64,000 bases of DNA from Phycisphaerae bacterium (GCA_050115495.1 JASFQK010000027.1:28701-92700); one strand, 5' to 3'. Positions 29,226-42,539 are shown, numbered from the stretch's first letter. Translations and numbers: made by a program. The notes: generated by a model from the letters alone, not told the origin.

Positions 29226-30587
29226 TTATCGCGGCGCGGACGCCAGCGTCTTTTCGTAAACAGCCAGGCAGTTCCTGGCGGAATCGGTCCAGCTCAGCCG
29301 GCGCACTTCGATGCTGCCGTGGTTTCGCAGCGTAGCCTGCAAGGGCGGGTGTCTCAAGACGGCCACGATCTTGTTGGCCATCTCGTCCACATCCCAGAAA
29401 TCCACCTTCAGGGCGTGCTGGAGGACCTCCGACACGCCGCTCTGCTTCGAGATCAGCACGGGCACGTCGTTGGCCAGGGCCTCGAGCGGGGCGATGCCGA
29501 AGGGCTCCGAGACCGAGGGCATGACGTACAGGTCCGCCATGCGGAAGACCCGCCGCACGTCGTCGCCCCGCAGGAAGCCGGTGAACAGCACTTTGTGCCC
29601 GATGCCCATCTCCGCCGCCAATTCGATCATCCGCCGGATCATGTCGCCGCTGCCGGCCATGATGAACCGCACGTTGTCGATGACTTCCAGCACGCGCTTA
29701 GCCGCGGCCAGGAAGTACTCGGGCCCTTTCTGCATCGTGATCCGCCCGAGGAAGAGCACGATTTTTTCGTCGTTGGCGATCGGCGGCAGGGAGGCCCCCG
29801 ACGTGCCGCCGTCATCGTCGATGGCGTTGTAGACGACCTCGACCTTGCGCGGATCCACGCCGTAATGCCGCAGGGCCAGGCTGCGGGTCAGGTGGCTGAC
29901 GGCGATGACCCGGTCCGCCCGGTGCATGCCGGCCCGCTCGATGTCGTAGACCTGCTGGTTGACGTTGCTGCCCGAGCGGTCGAACTCGGTGGAGTGCACG
30001 TGCACCACCAGGGGCCGGCCGGTCAGCTCGGCGACCGCGATGCCGCCCAGGTAGGTCATCCAGTCGTGGGCGTGGATGAGGTCGAAGCTCTCGTCCTCGG
30101 CGATGCGGCAGGCCAGTTCAGCGTAGCGCTGCACCTCCGCGAACAGGTCGCCGTCGTAATGCCCGCCGGGACCCTGCTCGACGCCGCCGGCGATGACCCG
30201 CATGCGGGACGGCTGCCGCCCGGCCGTTTTCTGGTTTGCCGGCGCGCCGTTGCCGACGCCCGCCTCGGCCTGCTCTTTCGCCCCGCGCCCGACGGGTGTC
30301 GCCGCGGTGCTGAGGTAGGGGCGGATCATGGCGTCCACCGTGCGGAAGCGCACGTTGGAGAACTCGTCAGCGGCGCGTTTGCTGTGGCCGTGACGCCCGC
30401 CCGGGAGGAGTGATGCCGGCGAGAGCAGCTCCACGTGGCGCGCTGCCGAGGCATCCGCGGAGCGCGGCAGCACGAACAGGACCCGGACCCCCAGTTTGTC
30501 CAGGCCGCGGGTCAGTCCGTAGCAGGCTGTGCCAAGACCACCGCTGATGAAGGGCGGGAATTCCCAGCCCAACATAAGGACTCTCAT
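29226..30587 (-). CDS. GT4 glycosyltransferase (alpha-glucan/glycogen synthesis type)
   Basis: GWEFPP.ISGGLG, HAHDW, HSTEFDR, GRIT.QKG and SEPFGIAPLEA motifs; adjacent to GH57. Confidence 0.9.
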   Translation of the reverse strand: MRVLMLGWEFPPFISGGLGTACYGLTRGLDKLGVRVLFVLPRSADASAARHVELLSPASLLPGGRHGHSKRAADEFSNVRFRTVDAMIRPYLSTAATPVGRGAKEQAEAGVGNGAPANQKTAGRQPSRMRVIAGGVEQGPGGHYDGDLFAEVQRYAELACRIAEDESFDLIHAHDWMTYLGGIAVAELTGRPLVVHVHSTEFDRSGSNVNQQVYDIERAGMHRADRVIAVSHLTRSLALRHYGVDPRKVEVVYNAIDDDGGTSGASLPPIANDEKIVLFLGRITMQKGPEYFLAAAKRVLEVIDNVRFIMAGSGDMIRRMIELAAEMGIGHKVLFTGFLRGDDVRRVFRMADLYVMPSVSEPFGIAPLEALANDVPVLISKQSGVSEVLQHALKVDFWDVDEMANKIVAVLRHPPLQATLRNHGSIEVRRLSWTDSARNCLAVYEKTLASAPR

Positions 30588-31071
30588 GCCGACCTCGCTT
30601 TACCGAGTGCGCACTCAGCGCCGCCTGGTTCGCCGGGCCCGCACGCCCGAAATAAAAACTGCCCGGCGGAGCCTGCCAGGCCTCACCCTTCCCCCGTGGC
30701 TTGGGCCGAACACACGGGAGGACGAGTCTATCCCCCGTGCGTCCACGGTGTCAATGGGGAGGTTCCGTCTGCTCGCAAGGCCAAAACGCCCCTGTCCCGC
30801 AAGAGTCTATCGGACAAAGGCCGCGGACAATTCACCTTTTGGGGCGCTGGCGTCGAGGTCGCAAGCGCTGTATTATTACGAACCCATTGCAACGATCGCG
30901 CTCGCGGTCGGCGAAGACTGTTCGCCTGCACCGCGCCGGGGGGAGTGTTGATGTGCGTGCGTGGGACAGGCGGTCTGTCGACCGACGCAGGCCCGAGCCT
31001 GTACAGGGCCGGTCTGTCGCCAGCGTGGTCGGCGGCCCTGGTATTGTTCGCGATCGTGCCGGGAGGCAGGC

Positions 31072-33810
<2,739 letters not shown>

Positions 33811-33845
33811 CCCGCGTCCCCGGAGAGACGGCATAGTGTGTGTTC

Positions 33846-34127
33846 ATGGTGGTCGGCGTCTTGCGGGTGCGGCTGGGGATCTTCGATGCCCGCTCGCTGA
33901 AGGACAAGCGGCGGGTCACGCGCAGCTTGAAGGACCGGCTGGCCGCCCGCCACAACGTTTCCGTCGCCGAGATCGACGACCTCGATCACCGGCAGGCAGC
34001 CACGCTGGGCGTGGCGATGATCGCCAACGACGCGCGCTTCGTCGAGAGTGCCCTGGACAAGATCGTCGACGAGATTCGCTCCAGTACGAGTGCGTCGTTG
34101 TTGTCCTACGAGATCGAGCTGCTCTGA
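33846..34127 (+). CDS. DUF503 (YlxP) family protein
   Basis: SLKDKRRV and NVSVAE motifs; usual position between infB and rbfA. Confidence 0.88.
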   Translation: MVVGVLRVRLGIFDARSLKDKRRVTRSLKDRLAARHNVSVAEIDDLDHRQAATLGVAMIANDARFVESALDKIVDEIRSSTSASLLSYEIELL

Positions 34128-34163
34128 CGCGCGGGCGGCGGCTGGCTGGTTTGTGAGGCGGTT

Positions 34164-34571
34164 GTGTCTCGCCGAACCGAACGTATCGGCAACCTGATTC
34201 GGGCCGTATTGGCGGATGCGATTCACGCGCGGCTCCACGATCCGCGCATCGCGCCGCTGACGTCCATCACCCGGGTCGAGGTCGCCGCCGATTTTTCCGT
34301 GGCCCGCGTCTTCGTCAGCGTGATGGCCAGCGCCGCGCAGCAGAAGCTCTGCGTTGAGGCGTTGCAGGGGGCCGCCGGTCGCCTGCGTTCCTTCGTGGCT
34401 ACCGAGGTCGTCATGCGGCAGACGCCGCGCCTCGAGTTCGTCCTTGACGAGTCGATACAGGGAGCCTTCCGCACAGTCCAGGCCATCGACGAGGCCATGG
34501 CGGAGCTTGGCGAACCCACCACCCCGCCGCCGGCCGACGAGCCGCCCGGGGAAGAACATGAGGGTAGTTGA
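34164..34571 (+). CDS. rbfA: Ribosome-binding factor A
   Basis: RRTERI, DPRI, ITRVEV..D and R.TP.L.F..DESI motifs. Confidence 0.92.
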   Translation: MSRRTERIGNLIRAVLADAIHARLHDPRIAPLTSITRVEVAADFSVARVFVSVMASAAQQKLCVEALQGAAGRLRSFVATEVVMRQTPRLEFVLDESIQGAFRTVQAIDEAMAELGEPTTPPPADEPPGEEHEGS

Positions 34572-34574
34572 TCG

Positions 34575-35540
34575 ATGAGAGGTGCCACCCAGTGCGCCCG
34601 GCGCCTCCGGGCCCTGTTCAACACGCTGCGGTCCAAGCTCGGCCGGGTCAGTCCGCCGGCCAGCAGTGACCCCATCACGCAGATGATCCTCGGCATCCTC
34701 TCGCGGGATGTCCCCGAGTCCAAGGCCCGCAGCGCCCTCGACCTCCTGCGCGGCATGGTCGTCGACTACAACGAGCTGCGCGTCATCCCGCCCATCGAGC
34801 TGGCCGACATGATCGGCGACTACCCCGACGTGCGTCTGAAGTGCGAGGACGTCTCGCGTTCGCTCAACCGCGTCTTCGCCCGCAACCACGTCATCAGCCT
34901 TGCCCACCTGACGGATCAGAGCGCCCGGGACGTGCGCGCCTATCTCGACAGCATCGACGGCCTTGAGGATTACACTCGCGCCCGCGTCCGTTTGCTCGGC
35001 CTTCAGCAGCACGCCATCTACCTCGACGAGGCCATGTGGGCCTACGCCCGGCAGGAGGAGATCGTCGACAAGCGCTGCTCGCTCGGCGAGGCGCAGTCCT
35101 TCCTCGAGCGTCAGATCAGTCCCGAGGACGCCCTCGAATTCGTCGCCCTGCTGGGCCGACAGGCTTGGTCGGAAATGGGCGCCGCCGTGCGCGCCCGCGA
35201 CGTGACCCCGATCCAGAGCGTGCCGCCCGATCGCACTACGCGCAACATGCTTCAGCTCGTTGGGGCCGCCGCCTCGGCTGCTGAGGAGGCGCCGCCCCCT
35301 CCCGCCAAGCCGGCGCCCAAAGCTGCCAAACCCGCCAAACCCGCGCGAAAGACCAAGGCCGCGTCCGGAGAGCCGGCCGCGCGCCCGGCGGCGACCCCAG
35401 CCCGCACGAAGACTCCCAAAGCCAAGGCCAAAAGCGCCGCGGCTCGTCCTGCGGCCAAGTCGGCCAAGGGCAAGAGCACCGCGAAGCGTCAGCGGGGCAC
35501 CACCGCCGCCAAACCCCGCTCACGCGCCAAATCCGCCTGA
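34575..35540 (+). CDS. Endonuclease III/HhH-GPD-like protein with Lys/Ala/Pro-rich tail
   Basis: DP..QMILGILS...DYNELRV helical domain; no [4Fe-4S] Cys motif; basic low-complexity C-terminus. Confidence 0.55.
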   Translation: MRGATQCARRLRALFNTLRSKLGRVSPPASSDPITQMILGILSRDVPESKARSALDLLRGMVVDYNELRVIPPIELADMIGDYPDVRLKCEDVSRSLNRVFARNHVISLAHLTDQSARDVRAYLDSIDGLEDYTRARVRLLGLQQHAIYLDEAMWAYARQEEIVDKRCSLGEAQSFLERQISPEDALEFVALLGRQAWSEMGAAVRARDVTPIQSVPPDRTTRNMLQLVGAAASAAEEAPPPPAKPAPKAAKPAKPARKTKAASGEPAARPAATPARTKTPKAKAKSAAARPAAKSAKGKSTAKRQRGTTAAKPRSRAKSA

Positions 35541-35639
35541 TTACGCCGCCCTGGATTCGCCACCCGCAATGTGGACATGCACCGCGCCGGCGGCTAAAAC
35601 CTCCTTCGTGGGTACTCTCCGGTCTTCCGAGATACGACC

Positions 35640-38600
35640 ATGATTTATCGCACACGCTTTCAGCGGTTGGCGGGGCCCGCGCCAGGGCGAAGGGACCGGC
35701 GGCCGTGGCTTCTGGCGGTTGTCTTCCTCCTTGCCGTCGTGGTTGGTGCCACCGATGCCGCACCGCTGCCACAGGACGCCCCGGCCGGGCAGGTCGCCCT
35801 GCGGCCACTGGCTGAGGTGCCGGCGGCTCCAGCCGGCCCTGCGCAACCCTGCCGCGAATTAACCGAGCAACCGGCCCTCGTCGAGCTGTACGTTGCCGCC
35901 CAAGAGCTGGTTGACGCCGGCGATTACGCCGCGGCGGCCGCCCGGCTCAACCAGATGTTCGACCTCGCGGAGGGCGACTACTACGAGTTGCCCTACCTCA
36001 TGGCCGTCGCGCTCTACCACCTCGGCGACGTCGGCCAGGCCCGCGCCCTCGCCGAACGGGCCGTGGCTCTTCGTCCCGCCGGTGCCGACGTGCACTACCT
36101 GCTCGGCATCATCTGCCGTGGCAGCGGAGAGCTCGACGTCGCTACTCAGCACTTCCGCTCGGCCACGCTCGCGGACGAACCGGACAACGAGCGCGTCACC
36201 GCCGCCTGGTTCCACCTGGGCGAGTGTCTGCTCGTCCAGGGCTGGTCCACGGCTGCCGAGGAAGCCTTCGCCCACTTTGACGAGGCCGTCGCGCAGGCCA
36301 GCGCCGCGCAGCGCTCGAAGGGCGAAGTGGCCGCTGTGTTGGTCGACTGCCCGCGTGGCGGGCTCGACGTGCGGCTCGACCTGCTGTGGCGGCTGGATCG
36401 CCCCGTCGAGGCGCTGCAGATCGCCGAGGATGCCCGCGTTCGCACGCCGGACGATCCGCGTGTCGCCAGTCTGTGCGCCCGCGCCTTGCTCGCCGCCGAT
36501 CGGCCGGCCGAGGCCTTTGCTCTTGGCCGCGAGCGGCTGGCCGAGGCCGCACCGACGACGGCTCCGGCCGAGGGTCCGCCGCCTTTTCCGCAACTGACGC
36601 TCACCGTGCAGGCGGCGCTCGCGGCGGAGCAGCTTGATCCCTGGCTGGACGAACTGATTGCTGGCCTCGACGCCGGCGAGAGCGCCGCACTGGCCACCGC
36701 CGTCGCCGACCGCCTCGATGAGCTGAAGCAACCGGCGGCCGCCGCCCGCCTGTGGCAGGCGCTGGCCGCCAAGGACCCGGACGATGCCGACGTCGCCTGG
36801 GCGCTGGCCGTTTCCCGCCGTAATGAAGGACTGCTCGACCAGGCCGTCGCTGACCTGATTGCGTTCGTGCGCGCTCATCCCAATGTGTCGGATGTGTCGT
36901 GGCGTCGGCAGGGGGCTTGGCTGGCCAGCTTTCCATCGCCGGACCGGCTCATGACGATCGTCAGCGATCTGCGGGCCGCGCCGGACACCGACTTCGCGAC
37001 GGATTTCGTGCTGGGCACGGGGGCGGCTGCCGCCGGTCAGGCTCAACTAGCCGAGGATCTGCTGCACGCCGCAGTGGAGGCACGGCCGGACTTCGCGCTG
37101 GGCCACGTCGCCTGGGGGCAGTGGCTGCTGGCCCAGTATCGCTGGGATGATGCGTTGACCCACGCCGAGGCGGCTCTGTCGGCCGCTCCGGATCTGGCCG
37201 CCGCCCACTTCGTGGCCGGCTCGGCCCATGCCGGGCTCGACCAGCACGAGCAAGCCGAGTCGGCGTTTCACGACGCGCTCACCGCCCGTTCTGACGAGCC
37301 GGACTTCGCGCTGGCGCTGGCCGATCACTATCGCCGCACGAGCAACCCGCTCGCCGCCCAACGCTATTACCAGCAGGCGCTCGCCGCCGACCCACGTGAC
37401 GGTCGGGCGCTCGAGGAGCTCGTCGACAGCTACGTAAGTGGCGGCAAGTTGGAGCTGGCTCGCTTGCAGCTCCGCCGGGCCGAGGCCCGCGACGTCGCCG
37501 AGGACGCGCTCCGCCGGGCCCGTACGACGATCCACTTCGCGATGCGTCCCTTCCAGGAAGAGCATCTGGCCGAACTGGCCCGGCAGTGCGCCGATGTTCC
37601 CGACGACGTCGAGACGGCCCTGAAGCTGGCTGCGGGGCTGTACGTGCGCAACCGTCCGAACGACGCGTTCCCGTACGTCGAGCGCGTGCTGGCCCGGGCG
37701 CCCGATGACGAGCGGGCCATTTCGCTGATGGCGCGCGTCCGCACGCGCCGACTCGAGCAGGATCGGGCGATCGAGCTGCTCGAGCGTCTGGCCACCCGTT
37801 ATCCGAACCGCGTCGACGTCCGCTCGGCTCTGGCCGAGGTGTATCTCGCCGCCTTCCGCGTCGATGAGGCGCGACGCGCGTGGGAGTGGCTGCTCGAAGC
37901 GCAACCGGCCGGACGCAGCCGCCACGACGATCAGCAGCGCCTGGTGCTCTCGTACATCGAGTTCTCCGAGTACGACGAGGCCCTGCGCCTGCTGGACGAG
38001 TGGATCGCCGCCGACCCCGACGCCGACGATTGGCCGCTCGAGAAGCTCCATGTCCTGATCCTGGCCGATCGCCCGCAGGAAGCGGTCGATCTGGCCATTG
38101 CCCGTCTCGATCCGGCGGAGGATCTGTTCAGCGAGAAGCTCACGGAGCTCAGGGCCATCGTCGACCAGTTCCAGGCGGATCCGGAGAACGAGGAGCTCCG
38201 CTCGCGCGGCGAGCGCTTGCAGACCGAGGCCGAGCAGGCCCGCGACGCGCTCCTGGCCCGCCGCGCCGAGTTCGTGCAGGTCTGTCTCGATGCCGACCGC
38301 CCGGCCGTAGCTGAGCAGCACATCCGCGGCTGGCTGGCGATCGAGCCCGGCGATGCCCAGGACACGCAGTGGCTCATTCAGACCCTGCTCGAAGATGACC
38401 GCCCGGAAGACGCGCTGCGTGCGCTCGACCAGTTCCACCCCGGGTCGCCGCTAGCCGAGATCGCGGCTCGCGGTTGGCGGGCTCGGGCCCAGGCGGCGGC
38501 CGGCCGCGTCGACGAGGCCGTCGAGACCATGCAGGCCCTGCTTGAGGAAGGCCCCACCGTCCTGCCGCCGGCCGAACGTGGCGACGTCTGGCAGCAGTAC

Positions 38601-39242
38601 ATGCAGCTCCTGGCCGCGGATGAGCGCTTCGATGAAGCCCTGCAAGTCTGCAACGACTGGTTCGCCGACTCGGGCCGCTCCGACCCGGCCGCCCGCGTCG
38701 CCTGGCTGGGCATGCGCAGCTCCATCTTGCAACTCGCCGGCCGCACCGAGGAGTACCTCGAATCGGCGGAGCAGTGGTACGAGCTCGACCCGGACAACAT
38801 CGGCCTGAACAATGACCTGGGTTACTCCTGGGTCGAGCAGGGCCTGAACCTCGAACGGGCCACCGGCATGATCCGCCTCGCCGTCGCCGCCCAGCCCCTG
38901 CGGGCCGCGTACCTCGACAGCCTCGGCTGGGCGTACTACCGCGCCGGCGACTTCGGCGCCGCGCACGAATACCTGGAGCGGGCGACGCGCCTCGCCGAAG
39001 GACAGGACCCCGTTCTCTATGACCATCTGGCCGACGCTGCTTACCGGCTGGGCGACGTCGACGCCGCCCGCCGTCACTGGCAGAAGGTGCTGACCCTCAT
39101 CGAGGAGCATACGGCCACCGGCACGACCGTCCGCCCCGACACGCTGGTCGCCGACGTTCGTGCCAAGCTCGCCGCGCTGGAACGCTCCGCGCCGCCGGCG
39201 GTGGCCCCGACCGTCAGCGAGGCGGCCGAACCGCCGGAGTAG
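35640..39242 (+). CDS. Large exported TPR-repeat protein
   Basis: N-terminal hydrophobic segment; many TPR-like repeats; NNDLGY…YLDSLGWAYY…DHLAD C-terminal pattern. Confidence 0.85.
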   Translation: MIYRTRFQRLAGPAPGRRDRRPWLLAVVFLLAVVVGATDAAPLPQDAPAGQVALRPLAEVPAAPAGPAQPCRELTEQPALVELYVAAQELVDAGDYAAAAARLNQMFDLAEGDYYELPYLMAVALYHLGDVGQARALAERAVALRPAGADVHYLLGIICRGSGELDVATQHFRSATLADEPDNERVTAAWFHLGECLLVQGWSTAAEEAFAHFDEAVAQASAAQRSKGEVAAVLVDCPRGGLDVRLDLLWRLDRPVEALQIAEDARVRTPDDPRVASLCARALLAADRPAEAFALGRERLAEAAPTTAPAEGPPPFPQLTLTVQAALAAEQLDPWLDELIAGLDAGESAALATAVADRLDELKQPAAAARLWQALAAKDPDDADVAWALAVSRRNEGLLDQAVADLIAFVRAHPNVSDVSWRRQGAWLASFPSPDRLMTIVSDLRAAPDTDFATDFVLGTGAAAAGQAQLAEDLLHAAVEARPDFALGHVAWGQWLLAQYRWDDALTHAEAALSAAPDLAAAHFVAGSAHAGLDQHEQAESAFHDALTARSDEPDFALALADHYRRTSNPLAAQRYYQQALAADPRDGRALEELVDSYVSGGKLELARLQLRRAEARDVAEDALRRARTTIHFAMRPFQEEHLAELARQCADVPDDVETALKLAAGLYVRNRPNDAFPYVERVLARAPDDERAISLMARVRTRRLEQDRAIELLERLATRYPNRVDVRSALAEVYLAAFRVDEARRAWEWLLEAQPAGRSRHDDQQRLVLSYIEFSEYDEALRLLDEWIAADPDADDWPLEKLHVLILADRPQEAVDLAIARLDPAEDLFSEKLTELRAIVDQFQADPENEELRSRGERLQTEAEQARDALLARRAEFVQVCLDADRPAVAEQHIRGWLAIEPGDAQDTQWLIQTLLEDDRPEDALRALDQFHPGSPLAEIAARGWRARAQAAAGRVDEAVETMQALLEEGPTVLPPAERGDVWQQYMQLLAADERFDEALQVCNDWFADSGRSDPAARVAWLGMRSSILQLAGRTEEYLESAEQWYELDPDNIGLNNDLGYSWVEQGLNLERATGMIRLAVAAQPLRAAYLDSLGWAYYRAGDFGAAHEYLERATRLAEGQDPVLYDHLADAAYRLGDVDAARRHWQKVLTLIEEHTATGTTVRPDTLVADVRAKLAALERSAPPAVAPTVSEAAEPPE

Positions 39243-39283
39243 GTGATACCCGTTTCGCCGCACTCGTCGCAGGAAGTCGTATC

Positions 39284-40276
39284 ATGGCTGGCTCACTCGA
39301 CATCGCCCGGCAAGTGATCGCGGAAGAGGCTGAGGCTCTGCAACAACTGGCGGGCACGCTCGACGGCGAGTTCGCCGCCACCATCGAGACCGTCCGCCAA
39401 GCCCAGCAGGTCGTCGTCAGCGGTCTCGGCAAGAGCGGCCACATCGCCCAGAAGATCGCCGCCTCATTGACCAGCACCGGCACGCCCGCCGTGTACATGC
39501 ATCCGGTCGAGGCGTTGCACGGCGATCTCGGCATCGTCAGCGAGCATCACTGCCTTATCGCCCTTTCCCGCAGCGGCAACACGGACGAGGTCCTCCGCTT
39601 CGTCGAGCACTTCCGCCGACTCGGCGGTCCTGTCCTCGGCGTCACGCAGCGCTGCCAGTCGCGTTTGGCCGAGCTCTCGCAGCATCTCATTCTCCTGCCC
39701 GATGTGCCCGAGGCCGGTCCGCTTAACCTGGCTCCCACGACGAGCTGCGTCCTCATGCTCGCCGCCGGCGACGCCCTGGCCATGGCGCTGCTGCACGACC
39801 GCGGTTTCCGCCGGGAGGATTTCGCCCAGTACCATCCCGAGGGCACGCTCGGCCGCCGGCTGCTGCTCCGGGCTCAGGACCTCATGCACACCGGCGAGGA
39901 TCTCCCCGTCGTCCGCGCCGACGCCTCCTTCGAGAACCTTCTCGTCGAGATGGCTCGTAAACAACTCGGACTTGCCCTCATTCTTGACCGCGACGGTCGC
40001 CTGCTGGGTACGTTCACGGACGGCGATCTCCGCCGGGTCTTCCAGCGGGTCGATAACCCGCGCCAGTTGGATGCCCAGACCGCTCACGCCCGCAGCCGCC
40101 GGCCCGAAACCGCGCCCGTCGTTCCCATCTCCAACGTGCCCCCGACCCATCTGGCGGTCGATTGCCTGCGGATCATGAGCGAAAGCCAGATAACCAGCCT
40201 CGTCATCACCGATTCCACGGGCCGTCCCGTCGGTCTCCTGCGCCTGATGGATCTCCTCCGCGCCGGCCTCGGTTGA
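39284..40276 (+). CDS. kdsD: KpsF/GutQ arabinose-5-phosphate isomerase (SIS plus CBS)
   Basis: GLGKSGHI, EALHGDLG, SRSG, LAPTTS, HPEGTLG and TDGDLRR motifs. Confidence 0.9.
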   Translation: MAGSLDIARQVIAEEAEALQQLAGTLDGEFAATIETVRQAQQVVVSGLGKSGHIAQKIAASLTSTGTPAVYMHPVEALHGDLGIVSEHHCLIALSRSGNTDEVLRFVEHFRRLGGPVLGVTQRCQSRLAELSQHLILLPDVPEAGPLNLAPTTSCVLMLAAGDALAMALLHDRGFRREDFAQYHPEGTLGRRLLLRAQDLMHTGEDLPVVRADASFENLLVEMARKQLGLALILDRDGRLLGTFTDGDLRRVFQRVDNPRQLDAQTAHARSRRPETAPVVPISNVPPTHLAVDCLRIMSESQITSLVITDSTGRPVGLLRLMDLLRAGLG

Positions 40277-40446
40277 TACTCCCCACGGACCGGTAACAAC
40301 GCCCATTGCTTCCGGCGACGAGCCTCTCGCCCCGCCTACGCGCACGCCGGCCGCACTCGCGTACGCATGCAACACCTGGATCCGGCCGATCATAGCTCAC
40401 GGGCGGCTGGCTCGGGCCCGCCGGCTGCCCTGTCTGGAAGTGGCAC

Positions 40447-42021
40447 GTGAGCACCAACGCAGAACAAAAGACGGATCGCGCCAGCGTCCTCGTCTCCGAG
40501 GATCGGTTGAAGGCTTGGCTGCATGTGCCGGCCCAGGCTGGGCCTCCGGCTGAGCCGCTCACGCTCGCCGAGCTGCGCGAAGTCCTCACATCGGCGAAGA
40601 TCCAGCTCGATGAGGCGGCCGAAAACCGGCTGGCGCAATTCGCCGCCATGCTGGCCACGCCGCCGACCGGCGCGGGGCATCCCGAGATTCCCGAGAAGTA
40701 CCTCATCGCCGAAGGGACGCCGCCCGTCGAGGGCCAGGACGGGACGATCGACTGGGCGGCCGACGTCGTGGCCAGCGCGCCCGAAGACGCCAACGTCGAC
40801 CACGTTGACTACTTCGCTCAGAACTGCATCAAGACGGTCGAGGCCGGGATGGTCGTCGGCCGAATCAGCCCGCCCACCGAGGGCGCACCCGGCTGCGACG
40901 TCTACGGCAATCCCGTTCCGCCTGCACACCGCCGCGGCAACGAGATCACACTCGGGGCCGGCCTGCGACTGGCGGACACCGGTGACGACATCGTGGCGAA
41001 TGCCGCCGGACACGTCGTGGCACGCTCGGGTACGCTGCTGCTCGAGGAAGTCCTCGACATCCGCGGCGACGTTTGTTTCGAGTCGGGCAGCGTGAACGTC
41101 GGCATCGACGTGCACGTGCGGGGCACCGTGCGCTCGCAGTTCCACGTGCACACGTCCAAGTCGCTGACGGTCGACAAGGCCGTGGAGGCCGCCGACGTGA
41201 TTGCTAGTGGCGATATTGTCGTGCGGGGCGGCGTCTGTGGCGGCGATGCCGCCGAGGCAGAGACGGGCCGCGTCCGTGCCGGTGGGACGATCACCGTCCG
41301 TTTCGCCAACGAAGCCATCCTCGAAGCCACTGGCGCCATACACTTCAGCAAGGAGTGCATCGCCGGCGTCCTGCGCACGCCCGACCGGATCATCAGCGAG
41401 CGCGGCACGATCATCGGCGGCTTCGTCTGGGCCCGAAACGGCATCGAGGCCGGCACGCTCGGCAGTGACGCCAACGTGCTCACCTACATCGCCGTCGATA
41501 TCCGCCCCGCCATTCTCCACCAAGCCCGCACGATGGAAGGTGAGGCCCGCGCCCGCCGCGAATCCGCCAAGACCATCCGCACGAAAGTCCAGCCGCTCAT
41601 GGCCAACCTCAAGCGGCTTACGGCACAGCAGCGCGAAATGGCCACGGAGCTACTCTCCAAAGCCGACGAGATGGAAACTGGTGCCGAGGATCTCGAGGCC
41701 CGGCGCGAGAAGCTGCTCGCCGAGGCCCGGCCCACGGTCAAGCCCGCCATCCTCGTCCACCACGGCATCTACCGCGGCGTGCGCATCGTCTGGGGTGACC
41801 GCGAAGCGCGCGTCACACGGTACATACCCGGCCCCGTTCGCGTCGAAGAACGCAAAGTCAAAGGGGCCACCGAACTCGTTCTCGTCAACCAGCAGACCGC
41901 TTCCGTTACGGTCCTGCACAGTACTGAAGTCGATATGGCCGCCCTGCCGGCCGATAGCGTGGAGTCAACAGGAGGTGAACATGAATCCGAGCAACCCGGA
42001 CCTGACCGCACCGCCACGTGA
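40447..42021 (+). CDS. DUF342/FapA family protein
   Basis: GTPP.EG.DG and G.DVYG motifs; beta-helix repeats (GDV..ESG.V...DV.VRG.V); GG.V.A..GIEA..LGS; coiled coil. Confidence 0.85.
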   Translation: MSTNAEQKTDRASVLVSEDRLKAWLHVPAQAGPPAEPLTLAELREVLTSAKIQLDEAAENRLAQFAAMLATPPTGAGHPEIPEKYLIAEGTPPVEGQDGTIDWAADVVASAPEDANVDHVDYFAQNCIKTVEAGMVVGRISPPTEGAPGCDVYGNPVPPAHRRGNEITLGAGLRLADTGDDIVANAAGHVVARSGTLLLEEVLDIRGDVCFESGSVNVGIDVHVRGTVRSQFHVHTSKSLTVDKAVEAADVIASGDIVVRGGVCGGDAAEAETGRVRAGGTITVRFANEAILEATGAIHFSKECIAGVLRTPDRIISERGTIIGGFVWARNGIEAGTLGSDANVLTYIAVDIRPAILHQARTMEGEARARRESAKTIRTKVQPLMANLKRLTAQQREMATELLSKADEMETGAEDLEARREKLLAEARPTVKPAILVHHGIYRGVRIVWGDREARVTRYIPGPVRVEERKVKGATELVLVNQQTASVTVLHSTEVDMAALPADSVESTGGEHESEQPGPDRTAT

Positions 42022-42460
42022 CCTGGCCGCCATCGTCGGCGACGTCCTCGGCAACATGGCCTTCATGGTCAGCGACGAGGAACCCACCGACTTTCCGCCG
42101 GGCGCTGTCTGGGTGGAGTGCACGATCCGCTACAACGGTCCGCCCCACGGCCGCCTTAGTTGCTGGTGCACGCGCGACTTTGCCATCCAGCTTGCCGCCA
42201 ACCTCCTCGGCATCGAGCCCGACGAAGGCGACGCCCTGGTCGGAGCCGAGGACGCCGTTCGCGAGTTCATGAACGTCCTCTGCGGACAGGTCGTCACGAC
42301 CTGGCACGGCAGCGCCGGCGTGTTCTCCCTCTCCATCCCCGCCGTGCGCGAATGCCTCGACCTCCCCGAAACTCCAGAGGGAGGTGACCGCAAGCGCTGC
42401 GCGCTGTCCATCAGCGGAGAGCCGTTCTACTGCACGTACGAGCCGATCGAGGGGGAATGA
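41981..42460 (+). CDS. cheX: CheX-like chemotaxis phosphatase
   Basis: GGAGG RBS; LAANLLG…DAVREFMNVLCG (E-x-x-N)…FSLSIP. Confidence 0.75.
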   Translation: MNPSNPDLTAPPRDLAAIVGDVLGNMAFMVSDEEPTDFPPGAVWVECTIRYNGPPHGRLSCWCTRDFAIQLAANLLGIEPDEGDALVGAEDAVREFMNVLCGQVVTTWHGSAGVFSLSIPAVRECLDLPETPEGGDRKRCALSISGEPFYCTYEPIEGE

Positions 42461-42539
42461 TCCGCCGGAGGCGGGCCGATAAGCATCCGCGGCGGGTCCG
42501 CGCCCGCCGCCCGCGACGCAACAGGAGCAGGACATCGGT

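Noticed and set aside
41201..41980. 419-aa ORF suggesting a long overlap or frameshift between fapA and cheX
   Set aside because: cheX has its own GGAGG plus ATG at 41981; the upstream part is low-complexity off-frame sequence.
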